The notes beneath the pieces were generated by a model. The model worked only from the letters and a program-made list of their open reading frames with translations. It was not told the DNA's origin and did no database searches. A stretch of 62,667 nucleotides of DNA, counting the filler, from Choristocarpus tenellus KU-1152 (lineage: Eukaryota > Protista > Phaeophyceae): NCBI GenBank assembly GCA_964200185.2. It is 12 parts of 12 records of this genome, joined end to end, with 100 filler letters (N's around TTAATTAATTAA, not from the genome) between each part and the next. Parts side by side here need not be neighbours in the genome. Positions count along the whole stretch, not along the records: positions 1 to 7,367 come from CAXNAD020006259.1; positions 7,468 to 17,779 come from CAXNAD020002995.1; 10 more parts are not named here. One strand, 5' to 3'. A program made the translations under genes and the position numbers. This document shows positions 1-11,881 of the stretch, piece after piece. Position 1 is the first letter of the stretch; every line of letters starts with the position of its first letter.

Positions 1-269
1 ATCTGTGTAGACCCCCCCCCCCCTCCCAGATACTTTGGGTCAACTTCGTAGCACAGCACCTTTGTCCCCAGAGTCGCTAATTGAAGTCCAGAGCATAATT
101 CGTAGGAACTAATGTTATTTGGTAGTTGAGGTGTTCGAGCAAATTTTCTCGTGCATACTGTAGGGTGTGTATGATTGAGAGCTTATAGAAATGTGACCTA
201 ATCCCGCGTTGTGTCCTACGTTTGTGCATGATCTTGTGATACCAATGGTAAACGACTTCTACAAGGGGT

Positions 270-1450
270 AGCTGTGTCGGGTTTACCTAGAGAAACCTCA
301 ACTGGATTGGTGTCCAAAGCTTATCGTTCCCCAATGCCACGAAGAACGGATTATCGGGCAGGCAATTGTTGGATTTATCCAAAGACGTTTGAGGAGTTAG
401 ATGATGTTAGCGAGAAGGTTGCCCACGGGGAGAAATCCGGTACAAGAGGGGAAGGGGTCTCGCGACCGCTCGAGCTCACAAATTTTCTCCCAATCAATAA
501 AGTCCACAACACCAGAATCTTTGTGTGCGAGGAGGGTTCGTCAGACGGCCATCACGAGAGGTGACCGAGAGACTTTGGAAGGTACATTAGTGGCTACCGT
601 AGTCAAAGTCCTGACTGTCAAGAAAGTGGTCCATGAGGCTATTCAGATGCCCATGGAGTTCCTCGATAGGCTGGCTAATGCCATGACACCTGAACCACGA
701 ACCTGTCGTGACGTCTTACAGTCACGGGAAGCACAATTTTGGCAGGACGCTATGAAGACGGAGTTGGCAAAGTATGAGGTGTGGGATGTTATACTACATG
801 GGATAGGAAGATGAGGAAGCTGAGGATCGATCTGTCAACATACGTTGAAGGGCTGTTGGAGCGCTTCGAAATCACGAAAGAGTACGACACACCTGGTTGT
901 ACAAGGAGGAAATGATTCGTGCCTGGAGCTGGACCCATCTACACCATCCAGGAAAGTAGTGAGGTCGGTAATCTGGTTGGTGACTACGACCAGACCTGAT
1001 ATCACATATGTGGCCATGACTGCGGCCAGATTTAGTGGTAACCCAGATCAGAAGCATTGGAAAGCTGTGAAAAGAATTTTGGGGCATGTGAGTTATAGAA
1101 GGGAGAGTGGCATCACTTACGATGGAAATATGTAAAAAACGACTGGAGGTGTTTGCTGATGCGGACTATGCATCTGATCTGGACAAGCAAAGGTTTGTAT
1201 CTGGGGGACTTCTAACCGAGGATGCAGGAGGTGGTGGCTGTCTATGACAGAAGTTGAATATGCGACTTTAAGCGCCACTGCTAAGAACGTTTTCTTCTTG
1301 ATAAAGGTATTGGAGTTAGCAAACCTGGAGAGGACCACTAGATGTATGAGGACCAAGGGGGGACAGTGAAGTTGCATGGACAAAAGACATGGATGGATGC
1401 CACTATTTCCTTAGGCAGATAGTTAGGGACTAGGATTTGAGGAGCATCAT
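270..1450 (+). mobile_element. Degenerate Ty1/Copia LTR retrotransposon pol relic (RT flanks and RNase H; RT core largely deleted)
   Basis: EPRTCRDVLQSREAQFWQDAMKTEL..VWD, TRPDITY, HWKAVKRILGHV, FADADYASDLDKQR; broken by frameshifts and stops. Confidence 0.88.
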
Positions 1451-1568
1451 GCGGGTTTCTTCATCAAGGATCTTAATCGCAATAGTTTTATTTATCATGG
1501 GAGGACTGTGATGAATTTCTGGTGATTTGATATTTCAGGATGGTGAGCATTAGGATTTGAAGTGATGC

Positions 1569-1607
1569 TAGGGTTAGGGTTAGGGTTAGGGTTAGGGTTA
1601 GGGTTAG
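1569..1607 (+). repeat. Interstitial telomere-type repeat (TTAGGG)~6
   Basis: TAGGG(TTAGGG)5TTAG. Confidence 0.9.
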
Positions 1608-2837
1608 ATCTGTGTTGTTGTGATGGAACGTTATGAGTGCACAGTAGGAGATGCTTTGAGGATTGTATACAGTTGATGTTGCTATGATAGGGTACATGAA
1701 GTAGGAATTATGTACGTGCCGTCGGGACCGACTCAACTCAACTCAACAAGCTTTGAACTCAAGCAAACGATACCAATACAAACCTCTAAGTTAGGGTTAG
1801 GCTTCCAATTTGTTTCCTCAATATCCGCTCTCCCATTATCAATTCACTGCCTTAGCACGCCCTCCCCACTGGAGGTTTCAAGGAGAGACAATCTTCACCT
1901 CGATAGTGCAACATAAAGTGTCCAACATACAGTCAATCACGCCTACTAATTTCAAGCAGCACCAATGTCACTCTTGAGGGGAAATACTCGTTTTGACCTC
2001 TCCAATAGTCAAACCAATAACCAAACCACCTCATAATGCCCACCCTGTGCTTACAAGACATTATTCAATATCAGCATCTTTGATTTCAAAAAAAAGATAG
2101 GTGATCCAGCCCCATTTCAACACCAGCACCCCTGTAGAACTCAAATTTGAACCATGCCTGCCACTCTATGGTACACTATAAAATTTGATCATCAAATTGT
2201 ACCCACTCTCTCAACAATATTTGCAGTGCCACTCAGTTTGTAAGGTCAAGGTTTGCAGACACCAAGCCACCCCTCTGGGACTGCACTATCCAGAGCACCA
2301 GACGCTCCTCAATAATACTTGTCCTTGCATCCTCTTGGGCTAAAAGTCGAGCTAGCATTAGGCAGAGTGAGGAAGTGACAGAAACAAAGGGCAAGCAAAA
2401 TAACGAGGTGAGATTTCAACAAATAGAGCGCACAAGCACATATGTACAGTATATAAAAACGCAGAGTAGATATAGCATAGGATTTGAAAAAAAATAATTG
2501 CACCTGTACCACCGTAAATTGTGATATTAAGTCAAGAGTATTATAACGTGTCGCCACTAAAGGATATCTCATTGTCAGTTGAGGGGGAGATCATTTTCAT
2601 TCATGTACAACACTTGAGGACAGAAATGTACCCAGATCAAATAAAGCAATAATATGGATCTTGTTAGAATGCTGCCTTAGGGTCACCAGTCATCTCGAAG
2701 AACCTGAACAAGCAATGGATATAATTGGGAATAGTACCCTAACCTCAAATTGTTAGAGGAGTAGGAATAAAACTCTAGTGGTAAGAAGGACAAGCAACAA
2801 GCAACAGATGAGACCTTAATAATGGATTCTTTCTTGC

Positions 2838-5288
2838 CTGATCCTCCAACTCCTCAAATGTGGGTCGGTCTTCCCATTTGGTAGCCCAACACTTAGAGAT
2901 AATTTCCTCCAAACGCGGAGGTGTAGCCGTAGGCAGTGGAGGGCGTCTTCCTCTCTCACACACCGAAAACCCAATTGCGAACTCCTCGAAGCCATCCCAA
3001 GGTATTTCACAGGTAAGTACCTCCCACATCACAATGGCAAAGCTGTGTTTACAATCATGCAGTAAAGAACCAGCTGATTAGCAGTGTAAGCATCGCACAG
3101 AATACTATCATTTCTCCAAAGCGAACAATTGGAAGTGAAGAGCAAGCACAGTCAACACAGTAAGCCCATGAAAAACATTCCCAGCACAGCCAAGATCACC
3201 TGCAAGCCTTTGCTTCTGACAGTAAGATATTAGAAATGACTCTACAATCTCTCTACCTGTAAACATCACTAGCGCTGCTGTTGTTGCCATCGCTAAAGGC
3301 TTCTGGAGCTGCCCATGGCGAAGATCGCCCTCCTGCACTCTCCTGTTTACCCCTCTTGGTGGTGATATCTATAACTCGTGAGAGTCCAAAGTCTGCCACC
3401 TGTGAGGTACATGGTGAACACCCATTTGGCAGGGCAAGGAGGTGAGCATCAATAACTAGTGACGTATAAAATTCACTATTCTGAACAAAAACCCTATTCT
3501 TAATGTTACATTTTAGATTGTTTGAAGCATAAAAAATGCAAGAAATTGCCACAATATCTTACACTAGAACCATTTATTTTAAACAATAAGAAGCTACACA
3601 GCAGAAGAACCCAAAGGTCAGTCGAGAAGTGCAGTATTTTAAGGTTGTAGATGGTTTTAGAGTATACACCAAAACATGACACCTCCACATAGGTATGACA
3701 CTTCTCCCTGAGGTCCTAATAACCAACAATGACAGAAAGTCCAAAACCATCCACTTTTACAGGTCCATGTCCAGACTTCAAACATTCACCTGAACGACTT
3801 GCCAGAGATAACACTCCACAAACCACTTTCTTAAAGGAAATTACTCTATCATGTCATCACATATTCCTTACACAAGACCAACTCAACAATCCAAACCATT
3901 CTTAACAGAGTGTGTAGGCAAGAAAATCATTCAAATTCACACTAGTTGGATTGTGATACGGGTAGACAATTATCCTTCATTTACACACCTTTCTCCAGCC
4001 AAATTCGAGGGTTGGTTGAAATACCACAATCTGTAAACTGTTCACCATTGGTCTTTAATGGAACAGTCTACAGCTGGGTGCAACAAAAAATTCTCAAACT
4101 TGATAGAAATTATCAAGGAGAACTAAGGCAATGCTTTCCTCTCTATAAACTTCCCGTCAGGCTTCTTACCTTTGCCCTTTTGTTGCCATCCAGGAGAATG
4201 TTAGGAGACTTGAGATCTCCGTGCACAATCCTATTGGCATGTGCTCCATTGCTTCAACCACATCCAAGATTATCCTCTTCCCAACCGCTGTAATTGACCC
4301 AGGCTCCCAAGAAGCCTTGTTGAGCATTGTTCGTAAGCCTCCGCCTGGTAGAAACTCCGTCACTATGACACACTTTAATTTCAACAATCAACAACCACAA
4401 GGTAAGGATATGTAAGGAACACTGCCTGTCAAAACTTGGACTGTAAATAAACTCTTTACCATAACCCTAACTCCAACATGAAACACATGCATGTACAATA
4501 TACTCGACAAGATGAATAAACTTTATTTTAGGGTTAGGGTTAATAAGAGACAAGAGAGAGGTCGATTTGACTAAGCGGAATCCACAATATCAATCCCCAT
4601 ACAGACAACATTTCTTACCAGCTCTGACTCATGTACTTTAAAATCCAGCAGTCTAACCAAATATGGCGATGCCCCTAATTTTTTCATGTTGGCGACTTCC
4701 AAATTGATTTGTTGGAGTTCCTCTTCTAACCGTAAGACCACATGAGGGAACTTTGCAGCAGCATTGACTCCCCTATAATCCACAAGATACACCTGAAGGG
4801 TCAAACAGAGGTTTTACAGAGACGGAGTTTCTTTTAAGAATACCAGTATAGCCAGAATATCTACTACTCAACCAGAGACCATTTTTGAAGATAAAATAAG
4901 AACTTTCGTGACAAGATTATGACAGATATATTACAGTAATATCACACAAACAAACAGATACTAACCATAACCCTACAATGGGTCAAGCATGTATGCTCAA
5001 TTCCGCAGTTGTAGGTTGACCACATATAAGAGGTTTATGTAGTGATCGAGTACATTTGGAACGTATTCAAAACTGGTATTTTTCTCATGCTACTCACCAT
5101 GCACCACACAAAGCATAACTGTTGAAAAATCTCTCCTAACCTTACACCAGTACTGCCCCAAACAAAGAACAACATAAACGTGGGAAGGGTTAGCATATCC
5201 TCTTGTCCTGCCTCACCTTGCCAAAGCCACCCTTACCAATCAGGTCCCCTTTATGTTGCCAACTATCAGAGACTGGCGCAGTAACATC
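2838..5288 (-). pseudogene. Tyrosine-kinase-like (TKL) protein kinase domain; exons 5217-5288, 4619-4792, 4170-4372, 3257-3399, 2838-3042; frameshift near 4240
   Basis: Spliced motifs IGKGGFGK|VY, AAAK, VTEFLPGG, HGDLKSPNILLD, ADFGLSR, WAAPE, SDVYSFAIVMWE, CW..DRPTF. GT-AG boundaries are phase-compatible except the 203-nt exon, which changes frame internally. The last donor looks like GC. Confidence 0.85.
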
Positions 5289-7297
5289 CTGTTAGGTAAT
5301 AAAGATGCGGGTGATAGTGTGCATTGTTCATCATTTGAACTCAATCCAAGGCATCTTTGAATCATATTGTTCGAAGTTCTAACAGAAACAATCAGCATCT
5401 CTGAAGGCAGGGCTTCAAGAAGGTACGATATATACAAATGTATCCAAATATACCAACATGTAAAGGATCACAGACCTTTGAAAAGTATCCACTATTACTC
5501 CTATGTTTATATCTCATCTATCAGAGAAGCGAAGATACTTTGTTCAGCTGATAGACACAACAATCAAGACTATACCCACCTCCTGCGATTGATTCACAAT
5601 ACTATTAGCAGCAGACTTTGCCTGCACCAGTCTCTGCGACCACAGCTTAGATTCTTCGCACTCTTACCACTTCCCGTTTATGTGGTAATGCTGTAATATC
5701 TGGTAGGTATATGATGTAGTAAAGCATGAAAAATAAGAAAGGTGAACAGCCGCTGACAACATACTAACACTCACCACAGATATAAATTATTGTTATATTT
5801 GTTTTCTACCTTAGTTTGGAAATCAGTCATTTCTAACCCTACGTTATTATTAAACCTACATTTTATTTCTTATTATTCCATTCTGACCTTTTAAACCAAG
5901 TTTACGTTTTTATAATGTTAAATTTGCATCTCACTCAATACAATGATACAAGAGGAAAAGGACTGCAGTAAAATCTTCAACCCTAACTCTAACACTAACA
6001 CAGAACAAAACCGAGATTAAAAGAAATTCAGCCAGTTGCAAACCACGCTTATGAGCCAACACACGATAAAACCTTACACCAGCAAAAGCAGATCATCACA
6101 ACAACCAATCAAACTCTAGTGTGCTTGCAATTATAATATTTTATCCACTCTAAATTTCCAGAGTTGTTAGATGTGGAACATCATAATCCATGATTTTGCT
6201 GTCTGCAATACTGCCCATGTGTCTTCTTCTACACTACTCAGAACACATTGAAAATATACCTTACACATGATATTCAAATCACAAGGAAAGAGAGCACCTA
6301 TATATATATATATATAGTATTATCAGCAGACTCAACTAAATTGGAGACAAATCCGATACGGAGCAAGCAGAACAAGAAATGAGAGGAAAATAGTCCAATA
6401 ACATGGACAACAAATGAGGCTTCTACCACAGATGTGATCCAATTAATCACTTACTCACAGCGGAACCTTAAAAAATAAATAACATTGGTACACATTTCTA
6501 ACCTAACCCTAATCTAATCTGTTGTGTCACGCTTGTGGTACGGTGGTACAGCTGACAGGAAAAAAGGGTTAGGGTTAGATATATTGTAGTACAAAAATGT
6601 GTCGCAAAAAAATATCATCCAATAGGATAGGATCATTTAAAAACCCTGGACAGAAAGACAAGACATGAGAGATTGACAAAAGTCATTGATACTGACCCCA
6701 AGTTACACAATCATTCTCTCTGGTGTAGTTCTCTTGGTGCCTACTTGGCATGATACCACTTGAAATAAAAATTTTGAGAGATGTACACCCTTAGCTCAAC
6801 AGCACAATGAGCAAAGACTATCATTGCAATTGTGGTCTAGAGATCAGAATAGAGATAAGAAATACTAACTTTTTCTCTCTCTGTACATAAACCGATAAAA
6901 AACTTGGTAACATTCAATAAATCATAAACCAATCAGATATACAACAAATCATACATGAGAAGAATGCTTCATGGGCTTCATATGAAGATGAGATACAGAC
7001 AATAGTCTCCACTCTTAATTCCTCCAAATGAAACAAAATAGAAAGATACAGTGGGTACAAGGTTAACCTAAAATGAATTAAGTCAGGTCAAGTTAAGAAA
7101 TGATAGGTGACAGGCGAAAACATGAAGATATTCTTCTGATCTTATGCAACCTAAAGTATCTGAGGGAGGGGAGGGGGGGGGTCAACACCAGGGTGCCCAT
7201 TTGGACCAAAATCAGGAAACGTGCACTTTAGCCATCTGACATGCAACCAAATCACACAACAATCGCCACATGAAAAAAATTTGACCACAAATCGACG

Positions 7298-7329
<32 letters not shown>

Positions 7330-7367
7330 ACCCCACCCCCCCCCACCCTCCCCGGAAGACCGCGAGA

Positions 7368-7467
7368 NNNNNNNNNNNNNNNNNNNNNNNNNNNNNNNNN
7401 NNNNNNNNNNNTTAATTAATTAANNNNNNNNNNNNNNNNNNNNNNNNNNNNNNNNNNNNNNNNNNNN
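7368..7467. other. Artificial contig-joining spacer N44-TTAATTAATTAA-N44; identical copies at 17780-17879, 20437-20536, 24018-24117, 30326-30425, 33598-33697, 40394-40493, 43137-43236, 48890-48989, 52866-52965, 56302-56401
   Basis: Eleven identical 100-bp blocks with a core giving stops in all six frames. Confidence 0.98.
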
Positions 7468-7824
7468 GCGTGTAACAACCGTTTGCACTTCGTTGAAATA
7501 CAAGAAGAAATACTCGCTCTATTCGCCTGTAACAGAAGTAGAAGCGCTTAACACCTGCGGAACTGATTCAATCCGATCAATTCTTGGCATGTTGCACATA
7601 CACATAGGTATGTGTTTGAAAGAGTGTGAATTTGATTGTTGGGGACCAATTTTGCATTGTTGCTGATCCAATTTAACTGGATCCCAGCACACCATCTATG
7701 TGTGTATAACAATATATCATGGTGGTATCTTGCACAACGCAAAATCCGCTTCTACAAGTATATATACTGGGTGTGCAGTCATTATTGCTCATACAACTGT
7801 ATGCTCAAAATACAATTGCAACAG

Positions 7825-10800
7825 GGAGACATATACTTTGGTGGCTTCACCGATCTGGAGGGCTGTGATAGTGTCGGTGGGGGGGAGAGCAATCCCGGAA
7901 AAGGAGGGGCTGTTTGGAATGGCGAGTCGGGAAAGATTCGGTTTGCTGGGGACCTTTCTATCCAGGGATCTAGCATCACGGTGAGCAAGTTAGACGGCAG
8001 AATCCCTTCAAACGATAAGAGTTGGTAACTTCAAGACATCTGTGTGTTTTATTGGAAGTTGTGAAGGCTGCCTCTGTTGACTGTACGGACTCTCTACCCT
8101 TTCTTGAAACCGTATTCTGCAATAGGATGATGAAGGCAACAGTGGTGGTGCAATCTACAACCTTGGCATGATCATTATTGAGGGAGATGCTGTTTTTGAA
8201 GACAATGGAGCAGCGGTGAGTGAGCTATATTCCTATCGTATAGTGATATGCTGGGAGTATTTTGTGTACCTATACGGTCACAGTATTATAGTAGTACAAC
8301 TCAGATATCGCTGTTTCAATGTTGTCGAAAAGGAAGATGTTGAAGTTAGTGATTGAAGCTCCTTAGGTCACTTTTTTCATATTTTATGCTAGTAAGGTTT
8401 CTGAGGTCCTGCACGTAAGGGTAATCTAGATAAAAAATCAACCATGAAATACGTGAGTAGTGTTGGGATACGGTGCTCTACTAACGAAAACCCTACCTAG
8501 TAATGTTGCAGGCGTACTTGGTAGAGACAGAACTTCCATGAGACAAATATTTAAAATTGTGTCATAATCGGAATCCTTGTGGATAATGGGCAGATCATGA
8601 CTGTTCAATGGCTTCAATTCGCAATCGTGTTAGCATCCCTGCATAGCTGAACGAAGTTCCACGAGAAAAGAGGCATATTACAGTGCTCAATAATAGCAAC
8701 TTCCATCCCACCAAGAAACCCACGTCGAAGCTCTTTTTATTTGTGTGGTTAAGGTGGGATACGTAATCCAGATTATGCACATCGATCCCCGATCTCTCTC
8801 TCTATATATATAAGCATCACTTCATTCTGGTGTGGAATATGAGCCAACGTATCTTAGAGGGTAGAACCGCGTCCATTTGGGGACCAAAATCAAATGTTGC
8901 GATTTTGATGTAATTTAGGCCATCGTGTTTGTTAGGAAGTGTCAATATCCATGTTCTGGACACACCCTTTCATAGCATATACACTTTACCTACTCCGAAA
9001 CATTTTGGACTAGGAAAATGTCTTTAAAAAACCTATGGGAAGCCAAGTCCCAATTGGACAAACAGGGCAAAACTCGTTCCCTCTAAGATACTTTCCCTCT
9101 ATAATTGTCAAAGGACTGACGCTGTATATTCCCTGTGTATCTTTACTGCTGAGTTGATCCATTCAAGGGTCTGCCTAAGGCATTGAATGTCTGCATGCCA
9201 TCTACATTTTATATGGGCAGTGATAGTTCATTACATGGAAGACCGTTTGTTTCTTGGTCGTTGCTAATAACACCTCAAACACACTATATATACACATGTG
9301 TTTATGGGGACTATAATGTACGGAGGGATATTTTGGATTTATCATTTTCATCTTCTTATTGCTATCATATTGGTAAAATTACTACTTCATGGTAGGTACA
9401 CACGCACACCGTAATTCCAGCTGCCATTGTTTTCCTGGGGGTAACAACATCTCAAGTATGCCATGTGATACTACACTAACCCCCAAACTCCCTAACTCAT
9501 ACGCTGAGCAACCCATCCCAATGGTTTCTACAATTGACCAAAAGTATCTTGAGGGGGGGGGGTCTACAGCAAGGTGTCCATTTGGACCATAGCCAGGAAA
9601 AGTGCACTTACATTCCCCATCTGACATACGCAACCAAATCACCCAAAAATCACGACATGAAAAAATACCCCCAAATGGACAGGCGCCACCCCCCACAAAT
9701 TCTTTGAGCCATTATTCGGTTTGTAAAACCAGCTGACTTTAGACGGCTTGTGTATGAATGTGGAACCCCTTGGACTCATGTTTGGTAGAAATGTGGAAAG
9801 TTCTGGTTGGCGTCAGTATGCGCACACACTCTGCATACTTAACTTGCTCCGACCCACAAGTGGAAACTGTTATTATGCAACAAATTGGATTGCCACAGGT
9901 AGGGACAGGAGTCTCCCTGTTTTCGCGAGTCAAGAAAAGGTGTACAGAAGGCAAATAGCTCTTCTTTGTCGCACTCACCAGACTGGCTATACACTGAACT
10001 ATAGTTGCCTAGTCTGTCCTCTTCTTAACCTTGACCCTATGAGAGCTATCTTATAGGACTATATTTTGTCTACATTTCTGAGTTGATGAAGGGTTGGTGC
10101 TACTACGTAGCCTCGTGTGTCCCCTTGGATAGAGTGGGCGGGGAGAATACCCTTATTAGTAGATGTACTGTGCCTAGTATTGTTCTCGTTTATTGTTTGG
10201 GAGTTTCCATATAGAGCACTACCCAGTCAAAGGAACCGATAAATAATAGCATCATTCGGCACCAAGTGCCACATATTGATGCAGTGATGGCCTGCGGGCT
10301 TCCTCAACCACAAAGTAAGGAGTTCACCATTTCAGACGACTTGAATTTCATGCCCCTAACCCCTCCTTTACATGCACATATTTCTCCATACTGCAGCGTG
10401 GCGGTGCTATTTACAATGAAGAAGGTGGAATGATCGACTTCAGGGAGGAATCCATTGCATCTTTCATCAATAACAGGGCTGATGATGTGAGTCCTTTATG
10501 CACATCTCGCCAAGGAAGGCCCTTTGACCTTGTGTCCCATCACCCATGTGAACAATCAATCCAATTCAACTACTCTTGCGGAAGTATACTTGTGTGTTTG
10601 AGCTACAAAGGCGCACGCATGCACAACCTCACTGATTATTTAATCCTCTTTTTTCTTCTCTAAAACCTACATATCTGGTCACTGGTCAATATTGCACAGG
10701 GGGAGGGTGGGGCAATCCTAAACTTGGGCAAAATGATGTTCTCGGGCCCTTCCCTATTCTACGCCAATGATGCTTCTTTCATGGGTGGTGGTGCCATTGC

Positions 10801-11881
10801 CAATCTTGGCAAGAGTGAGATGAGGTGAGTTGAGTGTGTGCAGTGTTCTTACGGTGTATACATACAAGCCACAGAGGCAAGAAATATATATTTTTTTGGT
10901 GTTATATCTCGAGCTACATCCATAACCACATTATTGGTCTGAATCTTCCTGCCACAATAGCTCTCATGAAGTGTGTTTGGTTGATAATTGGTTCCATTTG
11001 CGATTTCCAAAATTTGTAGGGATAGTCTTGCTTTGCACACGAAATGAAGAAAACCTCTGTTTCCTGTCTGTTCATTATGGCCATGTCCTTCAATGTGGTC
11101 AGGCTGTCAAGTCCTACCGTATTCTGGAGGAATACAGGTGACGCACCTGCTCCTGCCGTCTTCAACTCAGAAGATGCACGTTTGGACATTCCCAAGACGG
11201 CTTCATTCGTTGGTCATGTAAGTATCTTAATGAAGGGTAAGATATTCTACCCTTTGTTTTCATCTGGGCTTTGCATCTGAAGGTGGTAATGTCACTTTCC
11301 ATTGTAAAATGATTAGTGTCACCTTACATCCGTATTCTCCTTCACCTGCATGCTTCATGCACTCTACATGAAATCGGCAATAGATTGAGGCATCTACTCT
11401 GAGTCAAACCAATTGTAATGTAGGCAGGGTTGGACCGTTTTGCATCCTAAGGTATCCTTATCCTGTGCAATACACTCAATTCCATAGCTATATGTGCACA
11501 ATAGTATACTCAAAATAGATATCCTCTCTTTCCACAGAGAAAGTGACTCAACAATAAAACAAAGCCTCTTTCTGGAAGTGTACGAAGTGATGCCCTTTTG
11601 CGCTTTCTCGGGATCCTTAAGATCGAACCCTATCTCTCAATTTGTTCGACTCTCTATGGTGTACATATATGAAAGAGGGGTTGGACTCATAGCACATAGG
11701 GTACTCTGCCAGCGTTTTTGAGTACTGCCAAGAAGTATAGTGGCGTTGCATGATGATTACATGTTTTGAGGCAATTCTCCTACCAACCCCACCCACACAC
11801 CCTTCCCATCCTCTCCTACAGGAGGAGTGCAACGGTGTCTTCTTTGAACAGGGTGAAGATGGAGATTGCAGAGAATTTTGA
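7825..11881 (+). CDS. Pmp/adhesin-like beta-helix repeat protein, 3' part; exons 7825-7980, 8126-8215, 10397-10486, 10700-10824, 11103-11217, 11822-11881 (stop)
   Basis: Phase-consistent GT-AG exons encoding repeated GGAVWN, GGAIYN (x2), GGAILN, GGAIAN with FEDN/FINN/FYAN/FWRN. Confidence 0.85.
8841..9099 (+). mobile_element. MITE family A (Sola2-like non-autonomous), intronic
   Basis: TIR GAGCCAAcGTATCTTAGAGGGTA...CCCTCTAAGATACTTTCcCTC; flanks TAT/TAT. Confidence 0.9.
9536..9710 (+). mobile_element. MITE family B, full length, intronic
   Basis: GACCAAAAGTATCTTGAGGGG...CCCCACAAATTCTTTGAGCC; flanks ATT/ATT. Confidence 0.88.

Noticed and set aside
7412-7423. Recurring TTAATTAATTAA palindrome between N runs
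   Set aside because: Artificial linker. ORFs running into it and any neighbourhood across it are not biological.
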